From assembly GCA_051362555.1 (NCBI GenBank), contig CM120640.1, positions 33,809,967 through 33,873,966 on the forward strand: a stretch of DNA of 64,000 bases, written 5' to 3'. Every line of letters begins with the position of its first letter. The first letter of the stretch is position 1. Shown one piece after another: positions 21,036 through 33,900 of this stretch. Both the position numbers and the translations under genes were made by a program. Below the pieces are notes generated by a model that had not been told where the DNA came from, did no database searches, and saw only the letters and a list, made by a program, of their open reading frames with translations. Source of the DNA: Lingula anatina (Eukaryota > Animalia > Brachiopoda).

Positions 21036-24000
21036 AATAATGATATTACTTTTGCAAGTTTTGAACAAAGTAAAGTATTTGCACGTTTATTATTGTCAAA
21101 ATGAATTATTTACAGCGCTCCATTTTTTACAAAAATGTAAAATGAAAAACATTTGTGCTCCAAATTAATATAAATCAAAATTAAACAAGTAAAAAAAAAA
21201 GAGTATATATCCGTAAATAAAACAAGTCGAATTTTTTAACATTGTTACTAAAAGACAGAATCCTTTAATTTATGAAAAAAATAAGTTCAAAATCGTAATG
21301 TTTGGAAGACTTCGGCAAAAACTGATCATAGACAAAATGGAACTTTTAACAAATTGAACTTTTTGTCAAAGTTGACAAAGTCGAAATCCATCAAAAATAT
21401 TTCCGTCCAAATTCAGAGGTTGTAACAATTTCACACCTTGTCCTATGTCGTCTCATTGATTTTTGCACCCCAAATAGAACAGTAGCCAAAATTTCTTCAT
21501 GTTTGTAAGATGATTTCTGGTTGTTTTGGCAATCGATATTTTTAAAATTTTTGTTTTCTTTGCACAACAAATTCGAAAATAAATATCATATATGGCGTAA
21601 CTGTGGGTGAAATTTTACATTTGGAAAGCATGGGAATCAGGAGCGACATAAAGACATGGTCGGTTTACAAGATTATCCAAGTCTAAGCCAAATTCAGAAT
21701 AAATATACACACAAAACTGAAAAGGTTCCGCAAAAAGTATACTTGCGTACTTCAAGTAACTTTTCACATTCACTTAAAATTAACTGTGGTTCTCGGTGTT
21801 CAGTGATGACACTAAGCACAAACAACAAAACATAGGCATGCAGGACTGATATCAAAACCAAGCCTGTCTTTGTCAATCACCCCTTGCTCCCGAAAAATTT
21901 AAATATATAAGAATACAGAACAACTTTAATTTGAACGCTCCTATGCACATTATAGGCAGGTTTTTCACTTTAAAAATTCAAACCAAAGGAATTGTTAAGG
22001 TTTACATAAACTTTGGTAGAATATAGAATTTGCCATATAAAAGAACAAAATACTTTGAAATAACATTTTTAGATGATAATTCCTTTAAAAATTTTAATAA
22101 ATAACTGACCAAACTGTTAGAATGGACTTCAGTATAACAGATAAGATAAATCTTATATTTTTTTTCAATCTATAGATTTTGTTTAAGAATTATTAATTGT
22201 TCACTTTCTTTTCGAGCAAAATTGACAAAAGTTGGTCTAAAGATTCATTGAATCCTTTCAAAATACCCATTACCTACCGAAAATTGGGCTTTGAGACCGC
22301 TCAAGCGATTTTGAAAATATGGAATTCAAAGGGCTATGATGTCAGTCCTACAGAAACTTTTTAATAGACAAACGATGTCTGAATGAAATCCATTTTCCGT
22401 TTTTGTTTTTCGACACTTCTGTTTTGTAATTTAACTTCTAGGCGGCATATAAATGGTAGCAATCCTGGGAAATTATTGTAGCCAACTAATGGAACAGTTT
22501 TCATATCCTAGACCCAACAAATATCTCTATTCTTCTAACTGTAATATTAAATTAAGTTTTATTTCGGATGTCACTCTTTACCCCACACTATGGTTTAACT
22601 TTGTTTCAGAAAACAGATATTTGAGCCTCGTCCAGCACTGAAAACACCGAGAACCAGAAGAAGTTACTTCACAGCCACAGTGCCATATTCATAATTATAC
22701 TACATGTGGACAATTCTGCAGTAACATGGACACATTTTGCCCGTTACAATGTTGGAATTTCTAAGGCGTCATATGTTTTATTAAAATTGTCTTTTGTAGA
22801 TTTACATCTCTTCCTTTTTTTCGACTGAACACACGATAAATGCAATTAATTTTTTTCCTATATGCATTTTACATTATGCGGTTGCAATGTCTTTCTTTCC
22901 CAGAAGTCAACATCATTTAAAATCAATAAGAGTATATCTTCGACTTCATAGCGAGGTGTCTAGTTGCAGATTTGCCCACATATTTTCAGTGACAAATAGA
23001 AAAGATTTCTCTTCTTGGAAATTGATATATGATAATTTTAAAACAGTCACTTTATCATTTTATATAGACATTATTTATATAAATGAAAACTTCAAATCTA
23101 ACGTTCAGGTTCGAAAAAGGACGGATTTCAACCCTGACCCAAAAGTATACAAAAATTACCTTCATAACACCACGATCAGATAGAGCACTGTACTACGACA
23201 TAGAAATATACAATTACCAAAAGAAGCAAACTAGCATCATGCAGGGAGGACGCTTAGTACGGAATAAATTTCCATGAGAAGTTTCATAAATAAAAACTCT
23301 TTCTTTTATTTTCATTCGACTTTTCGCTTGATTTACATTGTACGTTTTGGAGCGGAATGTCACAACCAAAAGCAAACAAAACCGTACTAAATGTCGTCCC
23401 TGCAAATTAACAAGCAGACAAACGTCGGCATAGGAGGCAATCTTGGTATGGGTGTGGGGCTGTATGGGTCGAACACGAAACGTGTATCTGAGTAGGACAC
23501 TCCTGGTATCATCGTCAACGGCACTTAGAGTCACTGGAATTAAAGGAATAAATTAACATTCATGAAACAACGTGTAAAGGTCTGATACAGCAGTACATGT
23601 TCATTACAGCAATTCTTGTCAGTATCCTTTGCGTTATAATTAAAAAAATGGCAATTTTAATCTTAAAAGCTTTAAAGTTATACAAATATATAATACCCTC
23701 ATGGAAAGCTTATGGTATCAGAAACAAAAAGGTGCCCAAAAGGGACTGAGGGAAAGCTAAGCAAAGCTAAGGCTTCACGTCAGTTAGATGTCCACGTGGT
23801 CATTATACAGAGTGCACCATTTCGGGGAAAATATCGTCAATGAAAAAACGAGAAATGCTACAATACATTTTTTATCATCTGTACGGAACTTACGAGATAC
23901 TGCTGCCGGTCCAGTGCCATTTTCGGTCTACATGTGGCAGTAGCAGTAATATGGCATGGAATATCCTTCTTCTCCATCTTCTACTGACCTTGGTCCTATC

Positions 24001-24165
24001 TGAGCACCTCTCACCAAACGCTCACCTGATTTACATAATAATGAAGAGGTCACCTACTTTCCGTGCGGACGCTTCGGTTTGAATTATCGTCTGGTTTTTT
24101 GAGAAGGTACAATAAGTCTTTATTTCGAAAACAGGATAAAGAGTTAATAAAGTCATAACGACACG

Positions 24166-24188
24166 CACACACACACACACACACAACA

Positions 24189-24227
<39 letters not shown>

Positions 24228-24228
24228 A
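24166..24228. repeat. Compound microsatellite (CA)n + (AAAT)n
   Basis: Direct reading. Confidence 0.9.
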
Positions 24229-24688
24229 AACGCATTTTAAAGACAGCATACTTGATATTGCGTGACTGGGGATATAAATTAGCTTTCATTAGTCGAATGA
24301 ACGTACTTGGGTGGGATTGTGATAGAACAGACAGAATTTTCATTCAAACTTACGGTGCAGCGTAGCCATAAGGTTATTGATATTTCTTTCTTTTTTCCTT
24401 TCTTTCTTTCTACTTCTTGAAACATAGATGAACTCTTTTAAAGGAAAACGTTTAAGTTTCACAAGTTTATTGAATTGTCTTGAATGTTACATTCATAGGT
24501 AATTTTCCATAAATAAACTCTACAGAATTAATATTTTAACTGTCTGTGCACAAATAAGACACATATTAAAACTAATAATTTAAAGAATTGGTCTATATTT
24601 GTATTATATCAAGTTATTTTTGTTCTGAAAATTCTGAAAGTAAATGTTCGGCGCGTTGTTTCATAAAACCTCATTTAGAAACCATTAA

Positions 24689-25075
24689 AGGGATAATAAC
24701 TCTTCGTTTTGGCCAAAAAAATAAATTTTCCTGGAGTAAACAACAATTTTCCCATATTAACCAATGATTAATGAATCCATTTTTACATTCAAAGTTAGTC
24801 CCTGTTTTTTTTTCTAAAAAGTTTGGTTTTTTGTTAAAATATCTTAAGTGATTATAACAGAGCATAGCCATCAATGGAGGTCACGTGATCTGAAGACAAG
24901 CTCAGATATCAGAATAATATCTATAACTGCTGTTTTTGTCGTAAAACAGAATATATTATATTTCTATGAGTTATTCACAATGTTTTTATGGTGAAATATA
25001 GATCTCATACGAAGAGTTATTATTTAAAGGGATAATAACTCTTCGTATGAGATCTATATTTCACCATAAAAACAT
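24689..25075. mobile_element. Kolobok-like MITE plus the end of an inverted second copy at a shared TTAA
   Basis: TTAA|AGGGATAATAACTCTTCGT at 24685 and again at 25024; inverted ACGAAGAGTTATTAT just before the second TTAA. Confidence 0.65.
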
Positions 25076-25555
25076 ATAGCTAACTGAGGGAAATTCATAA
25101 AGAAAATCTACAACATGTTGTGTAAAAAATAGTTAAAGTAATTATTAATTACTTAGGATATTTTATCGTACACAACCATCTGCGAAACTAGACACTAACT
25201 TCAGCGCCCCGGGTTGCATTGCAGTCCATTGCAGTGGCACTCAGTCCACTCAGTAAGTCGAGCTGAATAAATTCAGAGAAGGAAAAACACAAGTATACCT
25301 ATTACCCGAAAAGATACTAAAAGGACGAAGAAGTCATGTTGGCGGTGATATTTAAAATTCTGGATCAGTATACATGTATGATTGTTTTTGAACTGAATTT
25401 CAATTTATTTCAACTTTCATTTGAGCTTCTGTACATTTTGAAAAAGTAGCAATTGGAGTTAAATAAACATAAAATGGTTGTTTGGGGTTTATCTATTAGA
25501 GGTAAAAAGGGAGGGGTAGGAAAAATAGTCATAACAAAACAAAAAAGAAAAAAAA

Positions 25556-25622
25556 GGTTGCCTGGCCGACTTGCGACCCAGGGTCCATTGTCTAGAATTG
25601 GTGGACCTTACCACACGGCCAA
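25556..25622 (-). other. Degenerate tRNA-like remnant
   Basis: Minus strand TGGCCGTGTGGTAAGG (A-box/D-arm-like) ... GGGTCGCAAGTC (decayed B box). Confidence 0.3.
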
Positions 25623-26007
25623 TAAAACTACTGAACGATGAGAGAGTTCATTAACGTTCCTATGACTCCCTTAAAAGGTGCAAGTTAAAAGATATAGTTA
25701 ATATTCAGATTTTTTGCTTCAGAGATTTTAGTCCATCCGTCCGTCCTATTCCATGACGTGCGGGTGGTTTGACATTACCTCGAGGTCACGTATGAAAAAT
25801 CAGATTCTCCATGTGACGGGTGATGCTCCTAGTGATATAAAGGATATCTATTTTACAATCCATTTTTGACTTTTGATTAAGGTTAGAAAACATACTTTAT
25901 GTGAAGTGTTTGTGACTGTTGCTCGATTCAGGGCATAAATAACATACATATGGTTTTATAAGGACAAGTACAGCAAGACTGAGTACAGAAAATGTTTTTT
26001 AAAAATA

Positions 26008-26013
26008 GTTTAT
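26008..26013 (-). terminator. Candidate polyadenylation signal of the mucin-like gene
   Basis: AATAAA on the minus strand about 1.8 kb downstream of the predicted stop. Confidence 0.4.
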
Positions 26014-27829
26014 TGCAAAATACAATATCAATACAGTGCAGTGAGACTTGCCACACATTCACAAAGTCATCAGCCTCACGGTGTGTGAGAACACTATCAT
26101 TTATGAGTAAAGTAGCATCTTAAGTCATGCCTTTAGTACTCTGGAGAAATGTCAAGAGAAGTGCGATTTACGATCAGACATATCTTTAAAAGTTCTTTTA
26201 ACTTTGTGAGCTTTCATCAGAGCGGTCACAAGCCGATCCACCATCCAGCTCACTTAAAAGCAATCCAGTATGGAGACAATCATGAATACTGTACCCTGGG
26301 AATCATCAGTTCGTTTAATTCAAATCTCTTTCAACTTCTCCATACCCTTTTCCAGGGCGGCAGATATTACAGGCACATTTTCCACCAGCCAGTTAGGAGA
26401 TACACCATATTTAGCCAGAGACATTTTTTGTGAATACCTAGTGAAAAATTAATCTGTGGCCCAGCCCGTGGTAGACTGTAACTTCTCCTGGGGTTTCGGG
26501 TGTCTGCTTGCATCCAGTCATGATTGTTATTGACTAATAGCCAATGATTTGATTAGTACGTAAACCATCATAAACTGACGTTTCCCAGTACACAGTGGAA
26601 CAACATCATGTCTAGCATACAGAGATAAAACTAAATTAATGTAATTTTTTTTTCAAAGATAAATTAAGATACAACGACTCCTCTATCCACAATGATGCAT
26701 TATTTTTCTTGTCAGCAATCATTCAACAGAATTTCTAATCTGTTCTGGTCCATAGGCCTCCATCTAAATACCAACCAGTTTCATGCTTCAAGAAAGTAAA
26801 TACCTGACTAGAGACCTCCTTAGCGAATTTTTAAAAGTGCAACTTCTACTAGTTCTCAACAGAGTTTTCAGACATTTGTAATTCAAACTTCAGCGTCTTC
26901 ATTCAAAGATATGTTTACTCACATCAACACTGTATATTTACTGAATAAAAAAGCTGAAGTCTCACATTTCTTCAATTAAGAAAATCTCGATTAAATATGG
27001 TATTATCACAAGTGCATCACAGAAATATAATTTTTACTACATGTAGATTCATCACTAATGAATAATAAAATCATCGATGCAAAATCTTTATCACAGTCCA
27101 AAAAATGTACATTTTTGTAAAAGAAAAAAGCACTACAACAATGTGATGTACTATAAAAATATATCTTTATAATGAGCTGGCGGAGTGTACTAGAAGACAG
27201 AGGGAGTGGCTCTCTTTCTCCACTTGACCATTTAAAAGTATCTTTGTCGCAAGAGCGGCAGAGATAAAGATGTTGGGATACAACATTCCACATTTCTAAC
27301 TTTTTTCAGTCTAGGCCTTATTACTAGTTAAAATAATAGTCAAGTTTCATTAAGAGCTTACTCTACCACCTCTTCATTTCACTCAACGTCAAAAACTCAT
27401 TTTAGTTTTCTTAAATATGTATTTTTTCTTTTTTTCTTTTTTCAATGTTTTACAAACTCAAGTAAGAATTATATCTAAATGGGATTAAAATTATTCTTTC
27501 TGATGATAATTTATCAAATCAAATAAGGAAAAAAAGACTTATCTATACACACTACACAAAAACTGAAGCTACATTGGACGGAATAGAGATTATGCAAAAA
27601 AAGAAAAAAACATCACAGTTTATGGCTGCTCATTATCGTATATTCAATAGCATTTAGAATCAATCTTTATTTAAAAAAGGAATGCATTTGTTTAAACCAC
27701 AAATTTATTATATCCTCATCATCTTCAGTATATAAAAAATATTCATAAACTTCCAAACCTGAATATTGTATATCATAATTTTCTGTAAATAATATCTGAA
27801 ATCCATGTATTTACACCATTTTCTCTGAT

Positions 27830-30175
27830 TTATGTCTCAGCCCCCAGCTCACCACTGGAATTGGAAACCTTCTGCGGTCTGAAAAATAATAAAAATTGTA
27901 ACTCAATAAAAGCTAGCAGTTTCTGAGAAACAGACAAAACTATTATAATGTGAACCATAAAACTTTCTTAAAATTCTAAAGTTAAGTACTAGGTATCGAG
28001 AGCTAATATACTAATTAAAGCATATTCGAATAAAAAATGTTGAACCTCAAATAGCTAATGTTCAGGAAATGACAGAGAATAGGGGCTTAAACACTCATAA
28101 CACAAAATACTTATCAGACCAACATAGACCATCAATCTTTTGTGGGCCATTAAACTTATAAGAATAACGTAGCCCAGATGTAATTTGATATTATATATTT
28201 TTTGTATGTGTGTTCTGCTTGCTGTACCATATTGTATACATACAGTAATAACAAAATTATACTACTACTATATACTTACTTTTTCAGAATGACCAAGACC
28301 ACTATGATGACCACTAGGACCACCAGTATGGCCCCTACCACTGACACTGCTATAACCCAGGCCTCAGTGCCTGTATTGACTGGTGTAGTACCCTCTGTTG
28401 TGATGGAGGAATTCACGGTAGTAGTCTTAAAGGTTAAAGGAAATGGAATGCTATGTTAAATTATATATTAGAAGACATGTATATTCATATTTATATTTTA
28501 ACCCAAAAATGACCACAATAACTGCAAGAGTAAAAGTTATTTTTTAATGTACATATAGCAGTTTTCACCTCGAATGAAATAGTTAACAGAAGATCACATC
28601 TATTTTCACTGTTTATCTAGAGCAAGTTTCACCTAAAATAAATTTACTATTTGGATACATGCAATTAAGTCAAAATTATACAAGAGGAAGAACCCAATCA
28701 ATTTTGTTAAGAAAAGAAAAAAACATTTCGATAGAGTCCAATTTGGAGCTCAGCTTACAATCTTGCCAATTAAAACCACCCAGAAATTTTACATTAAAAA
28801 GGGTGAAAATAAAGGTAAAACACATACCAAATTATTAGTAGCCATTGTAACAACAACAGTAACAACAGACGGGTATGCAGCAGCAGCAGTCTGGACTTGT
28901 GAAACAGCAACAGTAGCAGTAGGATAATATGCAACAATGGCAGTGACAATGCTGCTCTGTGTGGAAGATTGCTGCACCAAGGCAGTGAGAGTGGCTTGGG
29001 GAAAGGCGAATTCCACACCACTATTTACTGTCACTGGAATGGTAAGGTAGAAAAATATTTAATTGCACTTTGAAAAATTACTAACTATATAAATTTCTAT
29101 AATTATTATATTCATTTGAAAGCCTTCAATTACAGATGATACTATTACAATTTATCATTTTTTCACCAATGTTGAAATATACACAAAATACTTAATAAAA
29201 GTCAAAACTATTCAAAAATAAATTGTTAATATTTTCAATTAACAGTGCATCTGTTAAATATAACAAATACATGTGCTTATTTAAATAATAAAAAGTAAAA
29301 CGGAAAAGCAACAGATTCCATAAATAAAACCCATTAAAAAATCCATATAAATATATTAATTTGCCAATTCAGATATTAAAAAGGACAAACTCCACAATCT
29401 AATAATCATACCTCCTCTCTTCTTCCTGCCAGACTGAGAACTACTTCCCAGAGCACAGACGTCATTGTCCAGTGGAGCCTTGGCCACAATCAGGAGGTCC
29501 ACCTTGGTGTTATCAGCAGAGTTCACCCTGGGGAACCCGGCTCCCATCTGGACATAACTGGTGTTGGTGTAGGTCAGGTTGGTTGCTGAGGTGTTCTGCC
29601 TGCAATTCATATATTGTGTTAGGTGTATGATTTTAATTAATAATAAAAATATAAACTTATCCTTGAAATTTTTGTAGCAAATGTTTATAAATTTTGCAAC
29701 TTCTCATTTAAAATTAGCAGCTGCAAATAAATTTTGCAATTTCTCATTTAAAATTATCAGCAGATAATAGATTTTGCAACATCTAACTTTGAATAAGACA
29801 AGTATTATTCCAAGCCATTTTTCTGTATTATTTGTATGTCACTGAAATAGAACCAATTAAAGATCCAAAAGCAAACTCATAACATCCTTAATTGGTTAAA
29901 AAATTTGATCAATTTGATAACAATATGTTAAAACAAATTCAATGTACCTAGTTCCACTATTAGGGCAGCATGTGGCAAAATTCCCTTCAATAATACAATA
30001 TGCATTCAATGCTTCAACCACCTTCAAGAGAATAGAGTCCTGGACAGAAGTAGTGAGCTAAAAGAGAAATAAAACAAGTTATATATACAACTTATATATT
30101 TTCTCCATTTCACGCACATATTTTAAACATGAACATATGTTGGTCCCTGTACTACTTTTCACCATTGCATGGTAG

Positions 30176-30230
<55 letters not shown>

Positions 30231-30949
30231 ATTACTCATTTGATCAATAGCTAATTTAATAATTTACCTGAGTTACTGTCACTCCAGAGATTGTCACAAC
30301 AACACCATAATCCTCCTCAGCTTGACTCACTGAAAGATTCAACAACTTTTGCATTCAATTTCAACTTCCAATTACAAATACACTGTAACATATAATGTTG
30401 ACCAAGAGATCTATTAAATTGTGAATCTTATTAAACATGCATTAACTCCCGTGTATTTTCATTCATGTAGCTAGGCAGCAATTATAAACAATGTTTTTTT
30501 TTCACTCTGGTGGCATCCAGACACACAAACAGAAGTTGCAGCACTAAAAAATTTACTCTATACAATTACTAAATACAATTACATTTGTCATTTAGCATAG
30601 TTTCATGTTCTCTACATGTAGGGTAGGCCTGTACATGAGAGACTAAATTGCATGCTAAACTGGGTATTTTAGAAAAAAATTTAAATCAACAAAATATTGC
30701 AGGTCAAAGTAAAGAATAGGGGGATTATTTCTAAAAGCAACAACAATCATGCAATTTAACAATTAGCACACTTACATGGACAAGAGTCCGTATTACACTG
30801 TTGAGTCTCACTGGTCAGTCCGCTGCATGGAAGGCCATTGCCAGCTTGAGTTGGGTTGGTGCAGGAACGAGTGCGGGACTGGGTTCCACCACCACATGTG
30901 ACGCTGCAACTTCCCCAGCTTGTCCAGCTAGTAAGACCACCGTTACGAT
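27830..30949 (-). CDS. Mucin-like gene: TSP1, SEA-like segment with RKKR, transmembrane helix and short cytoplasmic tail
   Basis: [25 protein letters not shown]; SGRKKR; [28 protein letters not shown]; TAA at 27830-27832. Confidence 0.8.
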
Positions 30950-33900
30950 CTGTCATAGAGAGAGCAGTTTAGAATGTTGGCATGACTTGGACAACGATAT
31001 AAGATACAATTTCCAAGACAGTCACTAAAACATTTTTGAAAATGTTAATTTAATACGATACACAAGCAATGACAAGTATCCTTAAATATATAACATGTTT
31101 TTAAACTTATTGTCAAATAGAAGTTTTCGAGGATTGGGATCCAAATTCAAATTTTCAAACTCACACGACTTAAAAAGACAGGTTCATTATCAAAATGACA
31201 TATGCTATTTATGCAGTATCAATTTATCAATGACCAACAACAAAATCTAAGTTTACTAATTGCACACTTATATAAAAAATAATAAAAAATATCTCAACAG
31301 AGGCATATATGATGTTAAGTAATCAGCATTACCAGCACAAGTCAACTTATCAGCTCCAAGTATGTAGTCATTGGTACAGTTGCAGGAGAAGCCACCGTTT
31401 GTGTTGGAGCACGTACTGCTGTTCCCAACACATGGGTAGCTGTCAGTGCACTCATCTACATCTGAATAGAGATTATAGTACATAAAGTTTTACATTATTA
31501 GTATCTTTTATCTCATTTACAATACAAAGGCTTTTAATTTTAACTGGAGCACTTATGAACAGAGACATTATACATACTTGATGAATATGCTAGGACTCAT
31601 GTTCACAATGATATAATATATAATGATAGTGTTATGATTTGAAAATTAAAAAAATACTTTTCCTCTTTTCTATAATGATTTATTAACTCTGGAGAACCTC
31701 AGCATAGAATCAATGTTTTCTTCTTACCAACACAAGTCTGGTTGTCAGAGGAGAGTCTGTAGAAGTTATTTCTGCAGGAGCAGATGCTCTGTCCCAGTAC
31801 CATGGCACATAGGTCACTGCAGGTATTGTTAGCTGGACACTCAGCCAGCACTGAAATAGCAGGAAAAAATATTAATAATTAACTTTTTGTAATCGGCAAG
31901 CTCTGTAAGAAATCGGCCCATATTTAACTTATTAATAAACACTAACTTAAACTTGAAGGAAGGCAGATAGTGTAAGGCTACCCACTATAACAGTAAAAAG
32001 TTCAAGCAAATAAAAATTTAGAGTTCCCTAATGAGAATGTTTTACTATTACAATGAGAATGCCACATAAGCCATATAATAATATGATATTAGTTCTACCC
32101 TAATAAGTAAATTATCGGTCCAAATATATATAAAATTTGTCCGAAACATTCTAATTTTAAGGACACTGCTCTTCATTAGGCAGATAACATACTAAGGTTG
32201 ACATGTGACATGGCTGACATGGCTGACATGGCTGATAATATACTGACAGTGACATGTGTCATATCAATTGAAGTCACAAAAGAATGATAACAAGTACAGT
32301 TTATTCTGATCAGCAGGAACAGCAAATCCAAACCATTTGGTTCACAGTAAAATCGTAAAATCTAACAATTTCATTTGAGCTTGGCATAAATAAATATGTC
32401 CTTACTGGCCAAATATCAATCAGGATACAGTTTGTACATTGAGTTCGTCTTTAATGAACCTCATACTTATTGCACTGGAGAAGATATAAAGAACACTTAC
32501 AAGTGCAGTTTCTCTGATCAGCAGCCAGAGCAAATCCTGGCTGACAACCACATGTGAAGCCACCAGGGACATTGTTACACAGCTGAGCACAGTCATGTTG
32601 TGGATTGCTGGGGTCACATTCATTCAAGTCTGGAATAATTTTAATAATAAAAAATTAACATGTAATATATACTGGACTGGAAAGTTACTAAAGGAATATA
32701 TCTTATTATATTAACTTCTGCCATATTAACATATACATATTTTTCCTGAAATCAAATATAAAGAAGACATAGCATTATGTGAAAGATAGCAAAAGACATT
32801 GTACAGTAAAAATATACACTGCGCATTATGTTTTAATAAAGACAGAGAAAAAACCCAAAATATGCCTATGATGATATAAATATCTATTGCAAATGCCTAT
32901 CACTTACCATCACAAGTCTTTCCATTAGCATTCAGCCTGTACCCAGATATACAAGTACAGTTAGATCCTCCAGCATAGTTCACACATGTACCGCGACCAC
33001 GAGCAACATCGCAACCTCCTGCGTCAGCGGCTGCACACTCATCAACATCGGAGCAGGTGATGCCGTCCCCAGAGTAGCCAGAGATACAGGCACATGTGTA
33101 GGCACCAGCAGTGTTGGTACATTGACCAAGGGTCGGGTGACAGTTGTGAGTTCCAGAGGTACATTCATCAATATCTGCGAGGAGACAACCCATGTCAGAA
33201 ATGTGGAAGAATGCATTTAAAGGATTACCAAGGCAAGCGAGTGGTAGTGTTACCAGGTTATGACAGTTAAGTTTTTATACAGCTGAAACTAGCCCAAAAC
33301 TTCTCTGATTCAACCAGTGAAATATGGAATTGCATGGTTTGTACCAAAAATTACAATAGAAAATATTCTATTAATTGTGTAACTTTTGCATCAACATATG
33401 CCAGTGATAATGTAAATAAAATTGAAAATCTGAGACACAGAGCACACAAACAAACTTCAAAAAAAATTTTTTTTAAATGTCACATCATATTTTCCTCTTA
33501 CCTTGACACAGTCCCCCAGTGCTGTTATAACCTGCCTGGCAGTCACATCGATACCCTGGTGACAGGTTGACACATGTGGAAAAGGCAGGACATGTGGCGC
33601 CCCCTCCTGATGAACACTCATCAATGTCTGGAAGGGAAATTTTTTAAATGAGTTATTTCAATGATTAACGGATTAAGAAGTATTGAAATCAAATTCAAAA
33701 GTAACACATTGATCTTAAAATTTTGTTGTTTTTTTTTTTAATATAATTTCAATGAAACTTGTAGAGTGAACCTTACATTAAGCAAAAAAAAAAATTATCA
33801 TTATTAATGACCAGCCATTTTGATATCAGAATATTGTTCATATCTTCATAGAGGTATACCATATGGATATAAAATAGCATCCAACATAAGTAAACCATAT

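Noticed and set aside
23407-23533. Selenoprotein-like reading DSKCRURUYQEC...C on the minus strand
   Set aside because: No recognisable SECIS element or selenoprotein homology; in-frame TGAs are expected by chance
26360-26611. Additional coding exon of the mucin cytoplasmic tail (RRSYSLPRAGP)
   Set aside because: Weak acceptor and ambiguous frame; more simply 3' UTR, though RNA-seq could revive it
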